A DNA stretch of 32,000 nucleotides from Candidatus Omnitrophota bacterium (GCA_963662715.1 OY759724.1:3120001-3152000), one strand, 5' to 3'. Shown: positions 6,268 to 17,730, numbered from the stretch's first letter. Notes: generated from the sequence alone by a model not told the origin. A program made the numbers and translations.

Positions 6268-8065
6268 AAAACCGATCTCATTTCAAGCTAAGCAAACATG
6301 GACCCTGTGGGCTGTTTTTCTCCTGGCCCTGGTCTTGCGGCTGGGATATCAGCATTTCCTCAAAACCAACTACCTCTTCTATGATTCCCCCAGTTCAGAC
6401 GTGACCTATTACCAGGACTGGGCCAGGGACATTGCCGCCGGAAACTGGATAGGGCAGAAAACGTTTTTCGGGCTCCCGTTATACCCCTATTTTCTCGCCG
6501 TTCTTTTCCGCCTGAGTCTGGGACATACGGAAATCGTGCGGTTATTTCACATGATGATCGGCTCGCTGAACTGCGTCCTGATTTTTCTGATAGGACAAAA
6601 ACTCTTCTCCTACCGCACCGGGCTGACCGCAGCGATACTTGCGTCATTCAACTTTATTCTTATTTACTACGACTGGATCATGATGCCGGTTCCGCTTCTT
6701 ATCATGCTTTCACTCCTGTTGCTCTGGTGTTTACTGTCCGATGCCCTTAAAGACCGGCCGAAAGACTGGTTTCTCTTTGGAATTCTGTTGGGTTTGAGCG
6801 CTTTAGGTGACGGGAAATTCCTGTTTTTCCTGCTGCTGCTGATTTTGATGATTCTTTTTAAATGGCCGTATCACATAAGGATTAAACTGTTTAAAATCAT
6901 CCTTCCTCTAGGCCTCGGCTGCGCTTTAATGCTGCTGACTGTTTCTTACCGCAACAAGGTTGTCGGAGGGGATTGGACTTTCATTAGTGCGCAAAGCGGA
7001 CTCAGTTTTTATACGGGAAATAACCGGGTGGCCACCGGCGTTTATGATCACCCGGCTTTCCTAAGACCGTCTCATCAGGGACAGGACGACGACCAGAAAA
7101 TCATTGCGGAAAAGATAGCGAAAAAACAACTGTCCCCCTCGGCCGTTTCCCGTTTCTGGAGAGCCAAAGCCCTGAAATTTATCGCTGAAGAACCGGGCCT
7201 CTACCTGAAATTATTGCTCCGAAAATTCTGTTTGTTCTTCACTGATACGGAAGACGCCCATGATGCGGACCTTTTGATGCAAAGGGACTGGCGGAAAAAA
7301 ATGGATATCAATCCCTATTGGCTCATATGTCCGCTGGGGATCGGGGGCCTCTTGCTGAGCCGAAAAAAGACTTCCTATTCCGTTTACCTCAACTTCATCC
7401 TCGCAAGTCAGCTGCTGATGACTCTCGTCTTCTTTCTCTCAACGAGGCATCGGGCGACAATCATCCCGGTATTCTTACTTTACGAGGCTTTCGCTTTGCT
7501 TTGGATATGGGACAACATCCGGAAGCCAAGCTACCGGCGTTTAGGGCTGGCCGCTGTCTTCCTTCTGATTTTTCTTTGTGTTTTTCCTCCGGAAGAATCG
7601 GATTCATCATATACGGATTTCGTTAAATGGAGCAAAAGCGGGACCGTCTTTTTAAACCGGGGAGACACTCCTGCCGCGCAAAATTATTTCTATAAAGCGC
7701 TCGCTCTTCGGCCGAACGACAGCACGACCCTTTATAATCTAGGGAACGCTTTCGTGCAGGCGAAAAATTTTGCCAAAGCTCAGGAATATTATCTTCGCGC
7801 CGTGAATATTTGTCCTCATAATGTCGATGCCCTTTTTAACCTGGCTTACACTTATGAACAGACCGGGCAATTTGAATCCGCCCTGAAATATTATCAGCAG
7901 GTCAAACAATATCAGCCCGAAAGTCTGGATGTCTGGTTCCGCTTAAGTCAGGTCTATTATCAGACAGGGGATTGCCAGAAGGCTGTGCTTTACTATCAAA
8001 ATATCATTGAGCGGCAACCGGCCCTTTCTGAGACACTTAGGAGCTGTTTAAAAAGCTGTTTCTGA
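6260..8065 (+). CDS. Polytopic GT-C-type glycosyltransferase (PMT/ArnT-like) fused to C-terminal TPR repeats
   Basis: 601 aa with about 10 or more hydrophobic helices. A first-loop acidic motif (YDSPSSDVTYYQDWARDIAAGNW) resembles PMT_2/ArnT family enzymes. The C-terminal ~140 aa form about four TPR units (ALRPNDSTTLYNLGNAF..., CPHNVDALFNLAYTY..., QPESLDVWFRLSQVY...). The start overlaps the rsmE stop by 8 nt. Confidence 0.7.
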   Translation: MIRKPISFQAKQTWTLWAVFLLALVLRLGYQHFLKTNYLFYDSPSSDVTYYQDWARDIAAGNWIGQKTFFGLPLYPYFLAVLFRLSLGHTEIVRLFHMMIGSLNCVLIFLIGQKLFSYRTGLTAAILASFNFILIYYDWIMMPVPLLIMLSLLLLWCLLSDALKDRPKDWFLFGILLGLSALGDGKFLFFLLLLILMILFKWPYHIRIKLFKIILPLGLGCALMLLTVSYRNKVVGGDWTFISAQSGLSFYTGNNRVATGVYDHPAFLRPSHQGQDDDQKIIAEKIAKKQLSPSAVSRFWRAKALKFIAEEPGLYLKLLLRKFCLFFTDTEDAHDADLLMQRDWRKKMDINPYWLICPLGIGGLLLSRKKTSYSVYLNFILASQLLMTLVFFLSTRHRATIIPVFLLYEAFALLWIWDNIRKPSYRRLGLAAVFLLIFLCVFPPEESDSSYTDFVKWSKSGTVFLNRGDTPAAQNYFYKALALRPNDSTTLYNLGNAFVQAKNFAKAQEYYLRAVNICPHNVDALFNLAYTYEQTGQFESALKYYQQVKQYQPESLDVWFRLSQVYYQTGDCQKAVLYYQNIIERQPALSETLRSCLKSCF

Positions 8066-8127
8066 AGTTGATGTTCTAACTTATTGATTACATTAACTTT
8101 CCTTCATTTTCCCCCGCAGGGCGGCTA

Positions 8128-8156
8128 TTGACAATCCCCAACGACTCATGTATAAT
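8128..8156 (+). promoter_or_regulatory. Consensus sigma70-type promoter upstream of recA
   Basis: Exact TTGACA (8128-8133), a 17-nt spacer, then exact TATAAT (8151-8156). It lies about 118 nt upstream of the recA ATG. Confidence 0.6.
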
Positions 8157-8273
8157 CATTACTCATTTTATGTATTAATATTGTTTACTATATATAAGAT
8201 ATTTACCCCAAAAAATTAAGCGGCAGCAAGTTATGTGCCATTGATAAACATCGGTTACCAAGAGGAGGGTAAA

Positions 8274-9290
<1,017 letters not shown>

Positions 9291-9310
9291 TCTCGCAGGA
9301 GGCTTTCAGC

Positions 9311-10726
9311 ATGAATAAAAGAGGAGGCATTCTTTCACTCATATTGCTGCTTTCCTTTTTTGTTTCCGCCGGGCAGACGGAAGAGCTTTCTTTGATACAC
9401 GCTGTTGAGAAAGTTGCGAAAGACGTGGGGCCTGCGGTTGTCTCGATCCGGACGGAACAGGTCCAGTATTATAGAAGCGCGCCTTATTACAGCGGGGATT
9501 TGTTTGACCAGTTTTTCTATGATTTTTTCGGGGGACACCCCCAATATCAGCAAAAACGCCAGGGACTCGGCTCCGGGGTTATCATTGACAGCCGGGGATA
9601 CATCCTTACGAATGAACATGTTGTTCGCGGAGCAGACAAGATCACGGTCATGCTGCCTGACGGCCGGAGCTTTAACGGACAGCTTAAAGGGATTGACAAC
9701 CGCTCGGATTTAGCCGTGCTTAAGATCGATCCTTTGGAAATGGTTCTGCCGCCGATTGGGAATTCCGATGATTTGAACATCGGACAATGGGTTGTGGCCA
9801 TTGGGAATCCTTTCGGTCATGTGCTCAATGATCCTCAGCCTACGGTCACAACCGGCGTCGTAAGCGCTTTACACAGAGCTTTACCGGCGACAACCCGCCG
9901 GGATACGGATTATTCTGATCTTATTCAGACCGATGCCGCGATCAATCCCGGGAATTCCGGGGGACCGCTGGTGAATCTCAAAGGGGAAATCATCGGCATT
10001 AACGTCGCCATTTTTTCCACCTCAGGAGGATATCAGGGGATAGGGTTTGCCGTACCGATCAATTACGCCAAAACGATCGTTGACCAGATTATTAAAGGCA
10101 AAAAAGTGGAGCAGGGGTGGATCGGTATCAGCATTCAGGATATGGACTATCGCTTGGCAAAATACTTTAATCTTCCTTCTGCGGAAGGGGTGCTGACCTT
10201 GAAAGTCCTGGACGACTCTCCGGCCCAGGAGGCAGGACTCAGGGATAGAGATATTATTTTATCGATCAATGACGTTAAAATGCGTTCCAGCGCGTTACTC
10301 ATCAAATATATCTCTAACCGGGATATCGGAGAGACCGTGGATATCAAAGTGCTGCGCCAAGGCGGGGAAAAAAATATCCCTGTCAAAATTGCCCGGAGGC
10401 CGGAACCAGAAGACCTTTGGGAATCTAAAACTCCGGCCGGGCAGGATAATTTGGCTGACGCTCAGCCCTGGAAAGGATTACAGCTGCAGAACATTACGGA
10501 AGAGTTTAAAGACCAGTTCCGTCTGGAAACGATCAAAGGTGTCATGGTGACAGATGTTCTCCCCAACAGCCCGGCCCAGCATGCCGGCATCCGGGAAGGA
10601 GACATCATTATCGCCGTTAACAATCAGGCGGTCCGGAATCTGCAGGATCTAAACCGTATTAAAGAAACTGTTAGCGGGAATTGCCTGATACAAACATTAA
10701 GAGGATTTTTTGTTATTGAGGATTGA
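9311..10726 (+). CDS. htrA: Periplasmic serine endoprotease HtrA/DegP/DegQ family with two PDZ domains
   Basis: It has a signal peptide and the catalytic triad contexts TNEHVV, DLAVLKI and GNSGGPL. Two PDZ-like segments follow (GWIGISIQDM..., KGLQLQNITEEF...GVMVTDVLPNSPA). Confidence 0.92.
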   Translation: MNKRGGILSLILLLSFFVSAGQTEELSLIHAVEKVAKDVGPAVVSIRTEQVQYYRSAPYYSGDLFDQFFYDFFGGHPQYQQKRQGLGSGVIIDSRGYILTNEHVVRGADKITVMLPDGRSFNGQLKGIDNRSDLAVLKIDPLEMVLPPIGNSDDLNIGQWVVAIGNPFGHVLNDPQPTVTTGVVSALHRALPATTRRDTDYSDLIQTDAAINPGNSGGPLVNLKGEIIGINVAIFSTSGGYQGIGFAVPINYAKTIVDQIIKGKKVEQGWIGISIQDMDYRLAKYFNLPSAEGVLTLKVLDDSPAQEAGLRDRDIILSINDVKMRSSALLIKYISNRDIGETVDIKVLRQGGEKNIPVKIARRPEPEDLWESKTPAGQDNLADAQPWKGLQLQNITEEFKDQFRLETIKGVMVTDVLPNSPAQHAGIREGDIIIAVNNQAVRNLQDLNRIKETVSGNCLIQTLRGFFVIED

Positions 10727-10728
10727 TT

Positions 10729-13362
10729 ATGCTTACAACATCTGATATTCGAAGAAAGTTCCTGGAATTTTTTGCCGCAAAAGGCCATTCGGTCATAAAA
10801 AGCGACTCCTTGGTGCCGAAGAACGATCCGACCGTCCTGTTCACGACAGCCGGTATGCAGCAGTTTAAACGCCAGTTTCTGGGACATATCGAAGGATATA
10901 CCCGTGCGGCCTCATCTCAAAAATGCCTGCGGACCGACGACCTGGAACAGGTCGGAGAAACGAACTTTCATCACACCTTTTTTGAGATGCTGGGGAATTT
11001 CTCTTTCGGAGATTACTTCAAGAAGGAAGCGATTGCCTGGGCCTGGGAATTTCTTACGGAAATCCTGCAGTTACCCCCGGACAAACTCTGGGTCTCTATT
11101 TATAAAGATGATACGGAGGCGGAAAAAATCTGGCTCAAAGGGATAAAAATACCGCCGGAACGTTTTGTCAAACTGGGGGATAAAAGCAATTTCTGGCCGT
11201 CTAACGCAAAACTGGACGGCCCTAACGGCCCCTGCGGCCCCTGCTCGGAAATATTTTATGATTACGGCCCTAATCCTCAATGCACGAACAGCAACTGCAA
11301 CCCTGAGTGTGATTGCGGGCGGTTCGCGGAAATTTGGAATCTGGTTTTTACACAGTTTAACCGGAAGGACGGCGGGGAACTGGAGCCTCTTCCCGCAAAA
11401 AATATTGATACGGGAATGGGCCTGGAACGTTTAGCCGCGGTCTTGCAAGGAAAACCGAGCAATTTCGATACGGATATCTTTCTGCCTATCCGTGAAACCA
11501 TTCGACAGCATATCAGCGGAGAACTGACCCGCAAAGAGGAATGCATTATCGCAGACCATGCCCGCGCCATTGTCATTGCGATCTGTGACGGCATTATTCC
11601 CTCGAACAAAGAACGCGGGTCTGTCATAAAACGTCTCATTACGGACAGTGCGAATATCGCGCTCTCTTACGGGCCGCAGGAACCGCGCATTTATCGATTA
11701 GTGCCGGTTGTTGTAGACGTGATGAAGGACCAGTATCCGGAACTGATTGAAAAGGCCGAAAACATGGCCGAACTTATCAAAAAAACCGAAGAGGCTTTTA
11801 TCCAGGTCCGGGCTCTGCGTATCCCGGAGTTGGAAGCCCTGAACCTGTCCCAAATGAGCGACCAGCAAAGAGGGGAAGTCTATTTTAAATTCCGGGACAC
11901 TTACGGCCTGCCTTTGTCCGTCATCCTTGCAACCGCCAGAAAAAAAGGGATAAAAGAAGAGGACATCCAGAAAGATTTGCAGGTTTACAGCCGGCTCATG
12001 CAGGAACAGAAAGACCGGTCCAGGGCTGCGAGTAAAATGATGGGGGACGTTTTCACGGACACCGAACTCAATCTGAATGTCGCCAAAACAAAATTTTCCG
12101 GATACGAGGAAGAGCGGACGACAAGCCGCATCCTTAAACTTTTTGTCAATCATACCGAACAGGACTCTGTCCAAAAGGGGGAGGCCGTCCAATGTATTCT
12201 GGATGAAACACCCTTCTATGCCGAATCCGGCGGGCAGATCGGAGATACCGGAACCCTGACCGGGCCTAACGGGACCATACAAATTACAGACACACAAAAA
12301 ATCTCTGATATTTTCATTCATGAAGGGAAGGTCCTGGACGGGACAGTTTCCGCCGGAGACCGGGTTGAAGCCGGTATTGATATGGAACGCCGCTTGTCGG
12401 TTATGCGCAACCACACGGCGACGCATCTTTTGCAAGCCGCCCTGAGGCAGGTGCTGGGTTCTCATGTGCAGCAGCAGGGCTCATCGGTTGACCAGGAGAA
12501 ACTGCGTTTTGATTTTTCTCATCCCAAGGCCTTAACAGCTGAAGAAATCAGGGAAATCGAAGACATTGTCAATTCGCTTGTTCTCAGATGCGACACGGTG
12601 ACCAAAGAATCCATGTCCTTGGACGAGGCAAAAAGCAAAGGGGCCCTGGCCTTTTTTGCCGAAAAATATGCCGATACGGTAAGGGTGGTGTCCATCAGCG
12701 ACTATTCAACGGAACTCTGCGGAGGCACCCATCTGGACTCAACGGGGCAAATCGGACTGTTTAAAATAATAAATGAATCCGCTATTGCGCAGGGGATCAG
12801 ACGGATCGAAGCGCGTACCGGCCGGAGAGCTTATCAGCTCATCATGGAGCAGGAAGACCAGATGAAACGCATGGCCCAACTGCTTAAAGCCCCTTTAAAC
12901 GAAATTGTTGACCGGACGTCCGTCCAGCTGCAGCGCATGAAGCAACTGGAAAAGGATATTGAAAAATACCAGTTTGAAACGATAAAGCAAACCATCCCGC
13001 AACTGATTGATCAGGCGGTCTTGCTGGACGGCATTCATATTGTCCGGAACACTTTCGAAAATGTGTCGATGAGTGTCTTAAGAAAACTGGCGGATACCAT
13101 TAAGCAGCGGGTCTCGGCGGTCATCGTCCTGGGGTCTCAATCAAAGACTGATGCCCAAATTCTGGTCGCCGTAAGCCAGGAACTCACCAAGAACGGATGG
13201 CACGCCAAAGATATTATCCAGATCATGGCCCGAAAGATTCAAGGCAGCGGCGGAGGCCGGGACCAAATGGCCCAGGCCGGCAGCAAACATCCGGAACTCT
13301 TATCAGCCGCGATGCAGGAAGCCGAAAATTTTGTTAAAGCTAAAACGAGCCACTCGGAATAA
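10729..13362 (+). CDS. alaS: Alanine--tRNA ligase
   Basis: 878 aa with the N-terminus MLTTSDIRRKFLEFFAAKGH, class II motifs, the editing domain HTATHLLQAALRQVLG...CGGTH and a C-terminal DHHA1-like GGGR region. ATG at 10729 is preferred over the TTG at 10723. Confidence 0.97.
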   Translation: MLTTSDIRRKFLEFFAAKGHSVIKSDSLVPKNDPTVLFTTAGMQQFKRQFLGHIEGYTRAASSQKCLRTDDLEQVGETNFHHTFFEMLGNFSFGDYFKKEAIAWAWEFLTEILQLPPDKLWVSIYKDDTEAEKIWLKGIKIPPERFVKLGDKSNFWPSNAKLDGPNGPCGPCSEIFYDYGPNPQCTNSNCNPECDCGRFAEIWNLVFTQFNRKDGGELEPLPAKNIDTGMGLERLAAVLQGKPSNFDTDIFLPIRETIRQHISGELTRKEECIIADHARAIVIAICDGIIPSNKERGSVIKRLITDSANIALSYGPQEPRIYRLVPVVVDVMKDQYPELIEKAENMAELIKKTEEAFIQVRALRIPELEALNLSQMSDQQRGEVYFKFRDTYGLPLSVILATARKKGIKEEDIQKDLQVYSRLMQEQKDRSRAASKMMGDVFTDTELNLNVAKTKFSGYEEERTTSRILKLFVNHTEQDSVQKGEAVQCILDETPFYAESGGQIGDTGTLTGPNGTIQITDTQKISDIFIHEGKVLDGTVSAGDRVEAGIDMERRLSVMRNHTATHLLQAALRQVLGSHVQQQGSSVDQEKLRFDFSHPKALTAEEIREIEDIVNSLVLRCDTVTKESMSLDEAKSKGALAFFAEKYADTVRVVSISDYSTELCGGTHLDSTGQIGLFKIINESAIAQGIRRIEARTGRRAYQLIMEQEDQMKRMAQLLKAPLNEIVDRTSVQLQRMKQLEKDIEKYQFETIKQTIPQLIDQAVLLDGIHIVRNTFENVSMSVLRKLADTIKQRVSAVIVLGSQSKTDAQILVAVSQELTKNGWHAKDIIQIMARKIQGSGGGRDQMAQAGSKHPELLSAAMQEAENFVKAKTSHSE

Positions 13363-13382
13363 TCAAAAAGGGAATTGCAAAC

Positions 13383-14633
13383 ATGAAAATTCTTCAACTC
13401 AATGGTCAAGGCATTCAAAATATTTATAACCGCCATCTGAATATCCAGAAAAGACATATTGAAGAAAAGGTCAAAAAAATCATTGATGACGTGCGTTTGC
13501 ACGGAGACGAGGCGGTGGTGAAATATACCCGGCGTTTTGACAAAGCCAAATTAAAAGCCAAAGACTTACGGGTCGCCGAAAGCGAGATCAGCGGAGCCTT
13601 TCAGAATATCACCAGCGATTTTATTACAAATCTGAAAACCATCATCAACAATGTCACGCTCTTTTATAAGAAACAGGTCCCCAAGCCCTGCCGGGTCAAG
13701 GACCAGGACGGGATTTTTCTGGGAGAGAACATTCATCCTTTGGACACCGTGGGGATTTATATCCCGGCAGGAACCGCACCGCTCGTTTCTTCCGTTTACA
13801 TGACGGTCATCCCGGCCAAGGTCGCCGGTGTCAAGAAGATCGTCATCGCAACACCGCCTAATCCGCAGGGGCATATCAACCCGCATATTTTAGCCGTCGC
13901 CAATCTGTTAAAGGTCAATGCGGTCTATAAAATGGGCGGGGCCCAGGCTATCGCCGCCCTGGCCCTCGGAACAAAAACCGTTCCCCGGGTCGATATGATC
14001 GTCGGGCCAGGGAACATGTATGTGACAGAGGCCAAACGCCAGCTTTTCGGATTCGTGGATATTGATATGCTGGCCGGACCGTCTGAACTTGTTATCATAG
14101 CCAACCGTTTCAGCAACCCTGACTATGTCATAGCGGACCTAGAGGCCCAAATGGAGCATTTAGGCGGATTATCCATCTTGATTACGACGTCCAAACAATT
14201 GCTGAAACAGGTGCGGAAACGGCATGCCAGCGGATACGGAATTTTCGTCAAGAACATGGAGCAGGCGGTTGAAATCGCCAACAAAATTGCCCCCGAACAT
14301 CTGGAAATCTTAACAAACAACCCCAAAAGCATTGCCAAAAAAATCCGCAATGCCGGGGCTATTTTCCTCGGGCCGTACAGCCCCACGGCTGTCGGAGATT
14401 ATGCGGCCGGCCCCAGCCATGTGCTGCCGACCATGGGGACCGCGCGGTTCTTTTCCGGGCTGAGCGTGAGTCATTTTATGAAGACAAGCCATGTGATTTC
14501 TTACTCCAAACGGGCCTTGGAAAAAGTCTATAATAACGTGATCAAAGTCGCGCAACTGGAACAATTAACCAAACATGCCGAATCTGTGCAGGTGCGTTTT
14601 CCTCCGTACCACAAGGCGGATATTAAGGGATGA
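13383..14633 (+). CDS. hisD: Histidinol dehydrogenase
   Basis: 416 aa with family-typical segments (VKYTRRFD, IYIPAGTAPLVSSVYM, GPGNMYVTEAKR, AGPSELVIIA, APEHLEI, GDYAAGPSHVLPT). Confidence 0.95.
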   Translation: MKILQLNGQGIQNIYNRHLNIQKRHIEEKVKKIIDDVRLHGDEAVVKYTRRFDKAKLKAKDLRVAESEISGAFQNITSDFITNLKTIINNVTLFYKKQVPKPCRVKDQDGIFLGENIHPLDTVGIYIPAGTAPLVSSVYMTVIPAKVAGVKKIVIATPPNPQGHINPHILAVANLLKVNAVYKMGGAQAIAALALGTKTVPRVDMIVGPGNMYVTEAKRQLFGFVDIDMLAGPSELVIIANRFSNPDYVIADLEAQMEHLGGLSILITTSKQLLKQVRKRHASGYGIFVKNMEQAVEIANKIAPEHLEILTNNPKSIAKKIRNAGAIFLGPYSPTAVGDYAAGPSHVLPTMGTARFFSGLSVSHFMKTSHVISYSKRALEKVYNNVIKVAQLEQLTKHAESVQVRFPPYHKADIKG

Positions 14634-15256
14634 AAGGACAGGATATGGAAAGTTTCAACACCCCAAGGCAAACAGCGTTTGAACGCAAAAGTAAAGAAAC
14701 CGAGATCCAATGCCGGCTGAATATCGATGGGACAGGGGAAACACGGATCAAGACTCAAATCGGATTCCTGGACCACATGCTGGAACTTTTTGCTTTTCAC
14801 GGATATTTCGATCTGGAACTGGCCGTTCAAAAAGCGGACCTGGAAATCGATATCCACCATACGAATGAAGACATCGGCATCGTTCTGGGAAAAACGTTCA
14901 AAAAAGCCCTGGGAGATAAAGAAGGAATCCGGAGATTCGGTTCCGGATTTGCCCCCATGGAATCCACCCTGGGACAGACGGTCATTGACATCAGCGGCCG
15001 CGGCTATTTCAGTCACGACCTGACAAAAGGCCAGGACCAGGAAGGATACTCGATCTCTTACATGGAGCACCTCCTGGAATCCTTTGCCCACACCCTGGGA
15101 GCGACACTCGTGGTTGAGGTCCACAATCAAAGTGATGACCTGCATACCAATCTTGAAACAGTATTCAAGTCTCTGGGCTTGGCTTTAGATGAGGCGACCC
15201 GTATCGACCCGCGCAGGGCGAAAACCGTTCCCTCAACAAAAGGGATTATAGACTAA
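14630..15256 (+). CDS. hisB: Imidazoleglycerol-phosphate dehydratase (monofunctional)
   Basis: RKSKETEIQCRLNIDGTG, GFLDHMLELFAFHG, DIHHTNEDIGIVLG and HLLESFA motifs are present. It has an ATGA overlap with hisD. An alternative ATG lies at 14645. Confidence 0.93.
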   Translation: MKGQDMESFNTPRQTAFERKSKETEIQCRLNIDGTGETRIKTQIGFLDHMLELFAFHGYFDLELAVQKADLEIDIHHTNEDIGIVLGKTFKKALGDKEGIRRFGSGFAPMESTLGQTVIDISGRGYFSHDLTKGQDQEGYSISYMEHLLESFAHTLGATLVVEVHNQSDDLHTNLETVFKSLGLALDEATRIDPRRAKTVPSTKGIID

Positions 15257-15294
15257 AATATTTTGCCGTTGAATTATAGAAGGATGACGTTATT

Positions 15295-15897
15295 ATGATC
15301 GCCATTATTGACTACGGGATGGGAAATTTAAGGAGCGTACAAAAAGCTTTTGAGAAATCCGGAGCTGACGCCCTGATCACCCATGATCCCCGGATGATAA
15401 AAAGCGCTGATAAACTGGTGCTGCCGGGTGTCGGGGCCATGGCCCCGGCCATGGAAAAGTTGCGGGAACTCGGCCTGGTTGACGGGATATGTTCTTTCGT
15501 GAATTCCGGGAAGCCTTTTCTGGGGATATGTCTCGGATTTCAGCTCTTGTTTGAAAAAAGTTTTGAAGGAGGAACCGTCCCCGGGTTAGGATTATTAGAA
15601 GGAACCGTGGAACGCTTTACGACAGGGAAAGTTCCTCATATGGGATGGAACGCCTTGCAGATGACCCAAAAAGACTGTCCCTTATGGAACGGTCTGCCGG
15701 AAAATATTTATGTTTACTTCTGCCATTCGTTCTTTGTCAAACCGGGCCGGCCGGAGGTGACATCCAGCAGCACGGATTACGGGATAACATTTACCTCTTC
15801 CGTATGGGAAAAAAATATTTTCGGAGTCCAATTCCACCCGGAAAAGAGTCAGGACATCGGTTTAAAAATTCTTAGTAACTTTATGGCCATCTCATGA
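15295..15897 (+). CDS. hisH: Imidazole glycerol phosphate synthase, glutaminase subunit
   Basis: MIAIIDYGMGNLRSVQKAF, catalytic GICLGFQLL and FGVQFHPEKS are present. Confidence 0.93.
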   Translation: MIAIIDYGMGNLRSVQKAFEKSGADALITHDPRMIKSADKLVLPGVGAMAPAMEKLRELGLVDGICSFVNSGKPFLGICLGFQLLFEKSFEGGTVPGLGLLEGTVERFTTGKVPHMGWNALQMTQKDCPLWNGLPENIYVYFCHSFFVKPGRPEVTSSSTDYGITFTSSVWEKNIFGVQFHPEKSQDIGLKILSNFMAIS

Positions 15898-16625
15898 TAT
15901 TATATCCAGCTATTGATATACAGCATCAAAAAGTTGTCCGGCTCAAACAGGGGCTTTTTACGGAAAGCACGGAATATTCGGAGAATCCTTTATCTGTTGC
16001 CCGGCAATGGCAGGACGCCGGGGCCTCCTGGCTGCATGTCATTGATCTGGACGGCGCCCAGACAGGCCGGATACAGAATTTTGAAACCATAGCTCTATTG
16101 GCAGAACAACTGGATATCCCGGTGCAGTGCGGAGGGGGCATCCGCACCCGGGACGATATTGCGGCTCTTATGCAGGCCGGAGTTCAAAGAGTCATTTTGG
16201 GGACAAAAATTATCGAAGACCTGAATTTCCTCAAAGACCTTCTCCGGCAATGGCCTGATCAAATCGCCGTGAGCTTAGACTGTGACCAGGGGCGTCTCAC
16301 GACCCGCGGCTGGACCAAGGTCACCGACATTCAGGCCAAAGATTTCGCAAAGGAGCTGGAAGATATCGGATTATCCTGTCTGATTTATACGGATATCAAA
16401 CGGGACGGAATGCTGACCGGGCCGAATTATGAAGCGCTGGAAGAGCTGCTCGCCGCCATCAATATCCCGGTCATTGCCTCGGGCGGGATCAAGGACATTC
16501 AGGATATTCAAAAGCTCAAAAATCTTGAGGGGCGCGGGTTAGCCGGGGCCATCACAGGCAAAGCTATATACGAAGGAACGTTGAACTTGAAAGAGGCGAT
16601 TCGCATATGCTCACAAAACGAATAA
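15894..16625 (+). CDS. hisA: ProFAR isomerase
   Basis: MILYPAIDI...[22 protein letters not shown] and ASGGI motifs are present. It has an ATGA overlap with hisH. Confidence 0.93.
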   Translation: MILYPAIDIQHQKVVRLKQGLFTESTEYSENPLSVARQWQDAGASWLHVIDLDGAQTGRIQNFETIALLAEQLDIPVQCGGGIRTRDDIAALMQAGVQRVILGTKIIEDLNFLKDLLRQWPDQIAVSLDCDQGRLTTRGWTKVTDIQAKDFAKELEDIGLSCLIYTDIKRDGMLTGPNYEALEELLAAINIPVIASGGIKDIQDIQKLKNLEGRGLAGAITGKAIYEGTLNLKEAIRICSQNE

Positions 16626-17359
16626 TCCCGTGTTTGGATGTCAAAAACGGGCGGGTTGTCAAAGGCGTCAATTTTGTCCAATTGCGGGATGCCGGAGATC
16701 CGGTTGAAATAGCCGAAAAATATAATCAGTTAGGGGCGGATGAGATTGTCTTTTTGGATATCACGGCCAGTCATGAAGAGCGCCCGATTATCCTGGATAT
16801 CGTCAGGGCAACCGCTGAGCAAGTCTTTATGCCGCTCACCGTAGGGGGAGGGATCAGGGAACTGGACGATATCCGGGCGTTGCTCAACGCCGGGGCTGAT
16901 AAAGTCTCCATTAATTCCGCTGCTGTGCGTGATCCCAAACTGCTCAAGGAAGCCTCGGACCGCTTCGGCAGCCAGTGTATTGTTCTGGCGGTCGATGCCA
17001 AAAAGGAAGGGGATTCCTGGATGGTTTATATTAACGGAGGCCGTATCCGCACGGACATGAATGCCCTTGACTGGGTTAAACAGGGTGAATCGCTGGGAGC
17101 CGGAGAAATCCTCTTGACGAGTATGGATTATGACGGTACAAAAGACGGATATGACTTAAAATTGACAAAGGCCGTTTGCGACAGGGTCAACATACCGGTT
17201 ATTGCTTCCGGAGGCGCCGGGACAGCAGATCATTTTTACCAGGTCTTGTCACAGACAACAGCTGACGCGGCCCTGGCCGCATCCGTGTTTCATTACGCAG
17301 AAATGACGATTGAGGACGTCAAAATTTATTTAAAAGAAAGGGATATCCCGGTACGATGA
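16607..17359 (+). CDS. hisF: Imidazole glycerol phosphate synthase, cyclase subunit
   Basis: [42 protein letters not shown] and IASGGAG are present. It overlaps hisA by 19 nt. Confidence 0.95.
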   Translation: MLTKRIIPCLDVKNGRVVKGVNFVQLRDAGDPVEIAEKYNQLGADEIVFLDITASHEERPIILDIVRATAEQVFMPLTVGGGIRELDDIRALLNAGADKVSINSAAVRDPKLLKEASDRFGSQCIVLAVDAKKEGDSWMVYINGGRIRTDMNALDWVKQGESLGAGEILLTSMDYDGTKDGYDLKLTKAVCDRVNIPVIASGGAGTADHFYQVLSQTTADAALAASVFHYAEMTIEDVKIYLKERDIPVR

Positions 17360-17730
17360 TGAAAGAAAAAGATATAGAGAAAATCCAAATTACACCCCGG
17401 ACGTTAAAAAAACTGAAGTTTAATCAGGACGGCCTTATTCCGGCGATTATTCAGGACCACAAAACCAAGGAAGTCCTTATGATGGCCTACATGAATATTG
17501 ATTCCCTGAAAGAAACCATTAAAATAGGGAAGACATGTTTCTGGTCCCGGTCCAGAAAAGAATACTGGGTGAAAGGGATGACATCCGGGCATTTTCAATA
17601 TGTTAAAAATATTTATTACGATTGTGACTGTGATACCCTGCTCATTACGGTTGAACAGGTCGGAGCCGCCTGTCACACGTTTAAAAAAAGCTGTTTTTAC
17701 CGAAAAATTAAAAAAGCTGAGAAAAAATGA
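17356..17730 (+). CDS. hisI: Phosphoribosyl-AMP cyclohydrolase (no HisE domain)
   Basis: [40 protein letters not shown] and [19 protein letters not shown] are present. At 124 aa it contains the cyclohydrolase only. Confidence 0.9.
   Translation: MMKEKDIEKIQITPRTLKKLKFNQDGLIPAIIQDHKTKEVLMMAYMNIDSLKETIKIGKTCFWSRSRKEYWVKGMTSGHFQYVKNIYYDCDCDTLLITVEQVGAACHTFKKSCFYRKIKKAEKK

Noticed and set aside
8157-8273. Search for a LexA/SOS operator upstream of recA.
   Set aside because: No match to the LexA box consensus sequences I know. Only 3-bp TAC/GTA arms and a short TATTAATA palindrome are present, so no operator is called.
11698-12465. 255-aa antisense ORF inside alaS. Similar long antisense ORFs occur at 1375-1818 (in the platform gene), 14528-15145 (hisB), 19765-20307 and 21683-22198 (secDF), and 18735-19196 (trpE).
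   Set aside because: All are fully embedded opposite genes with unmistakable conserved products. Their translations are low-complexity or Arg/Pro/Gly-rich and contain no recognisable motifs, and none has a ribosome-binding site. They are typical shadow ORFs.
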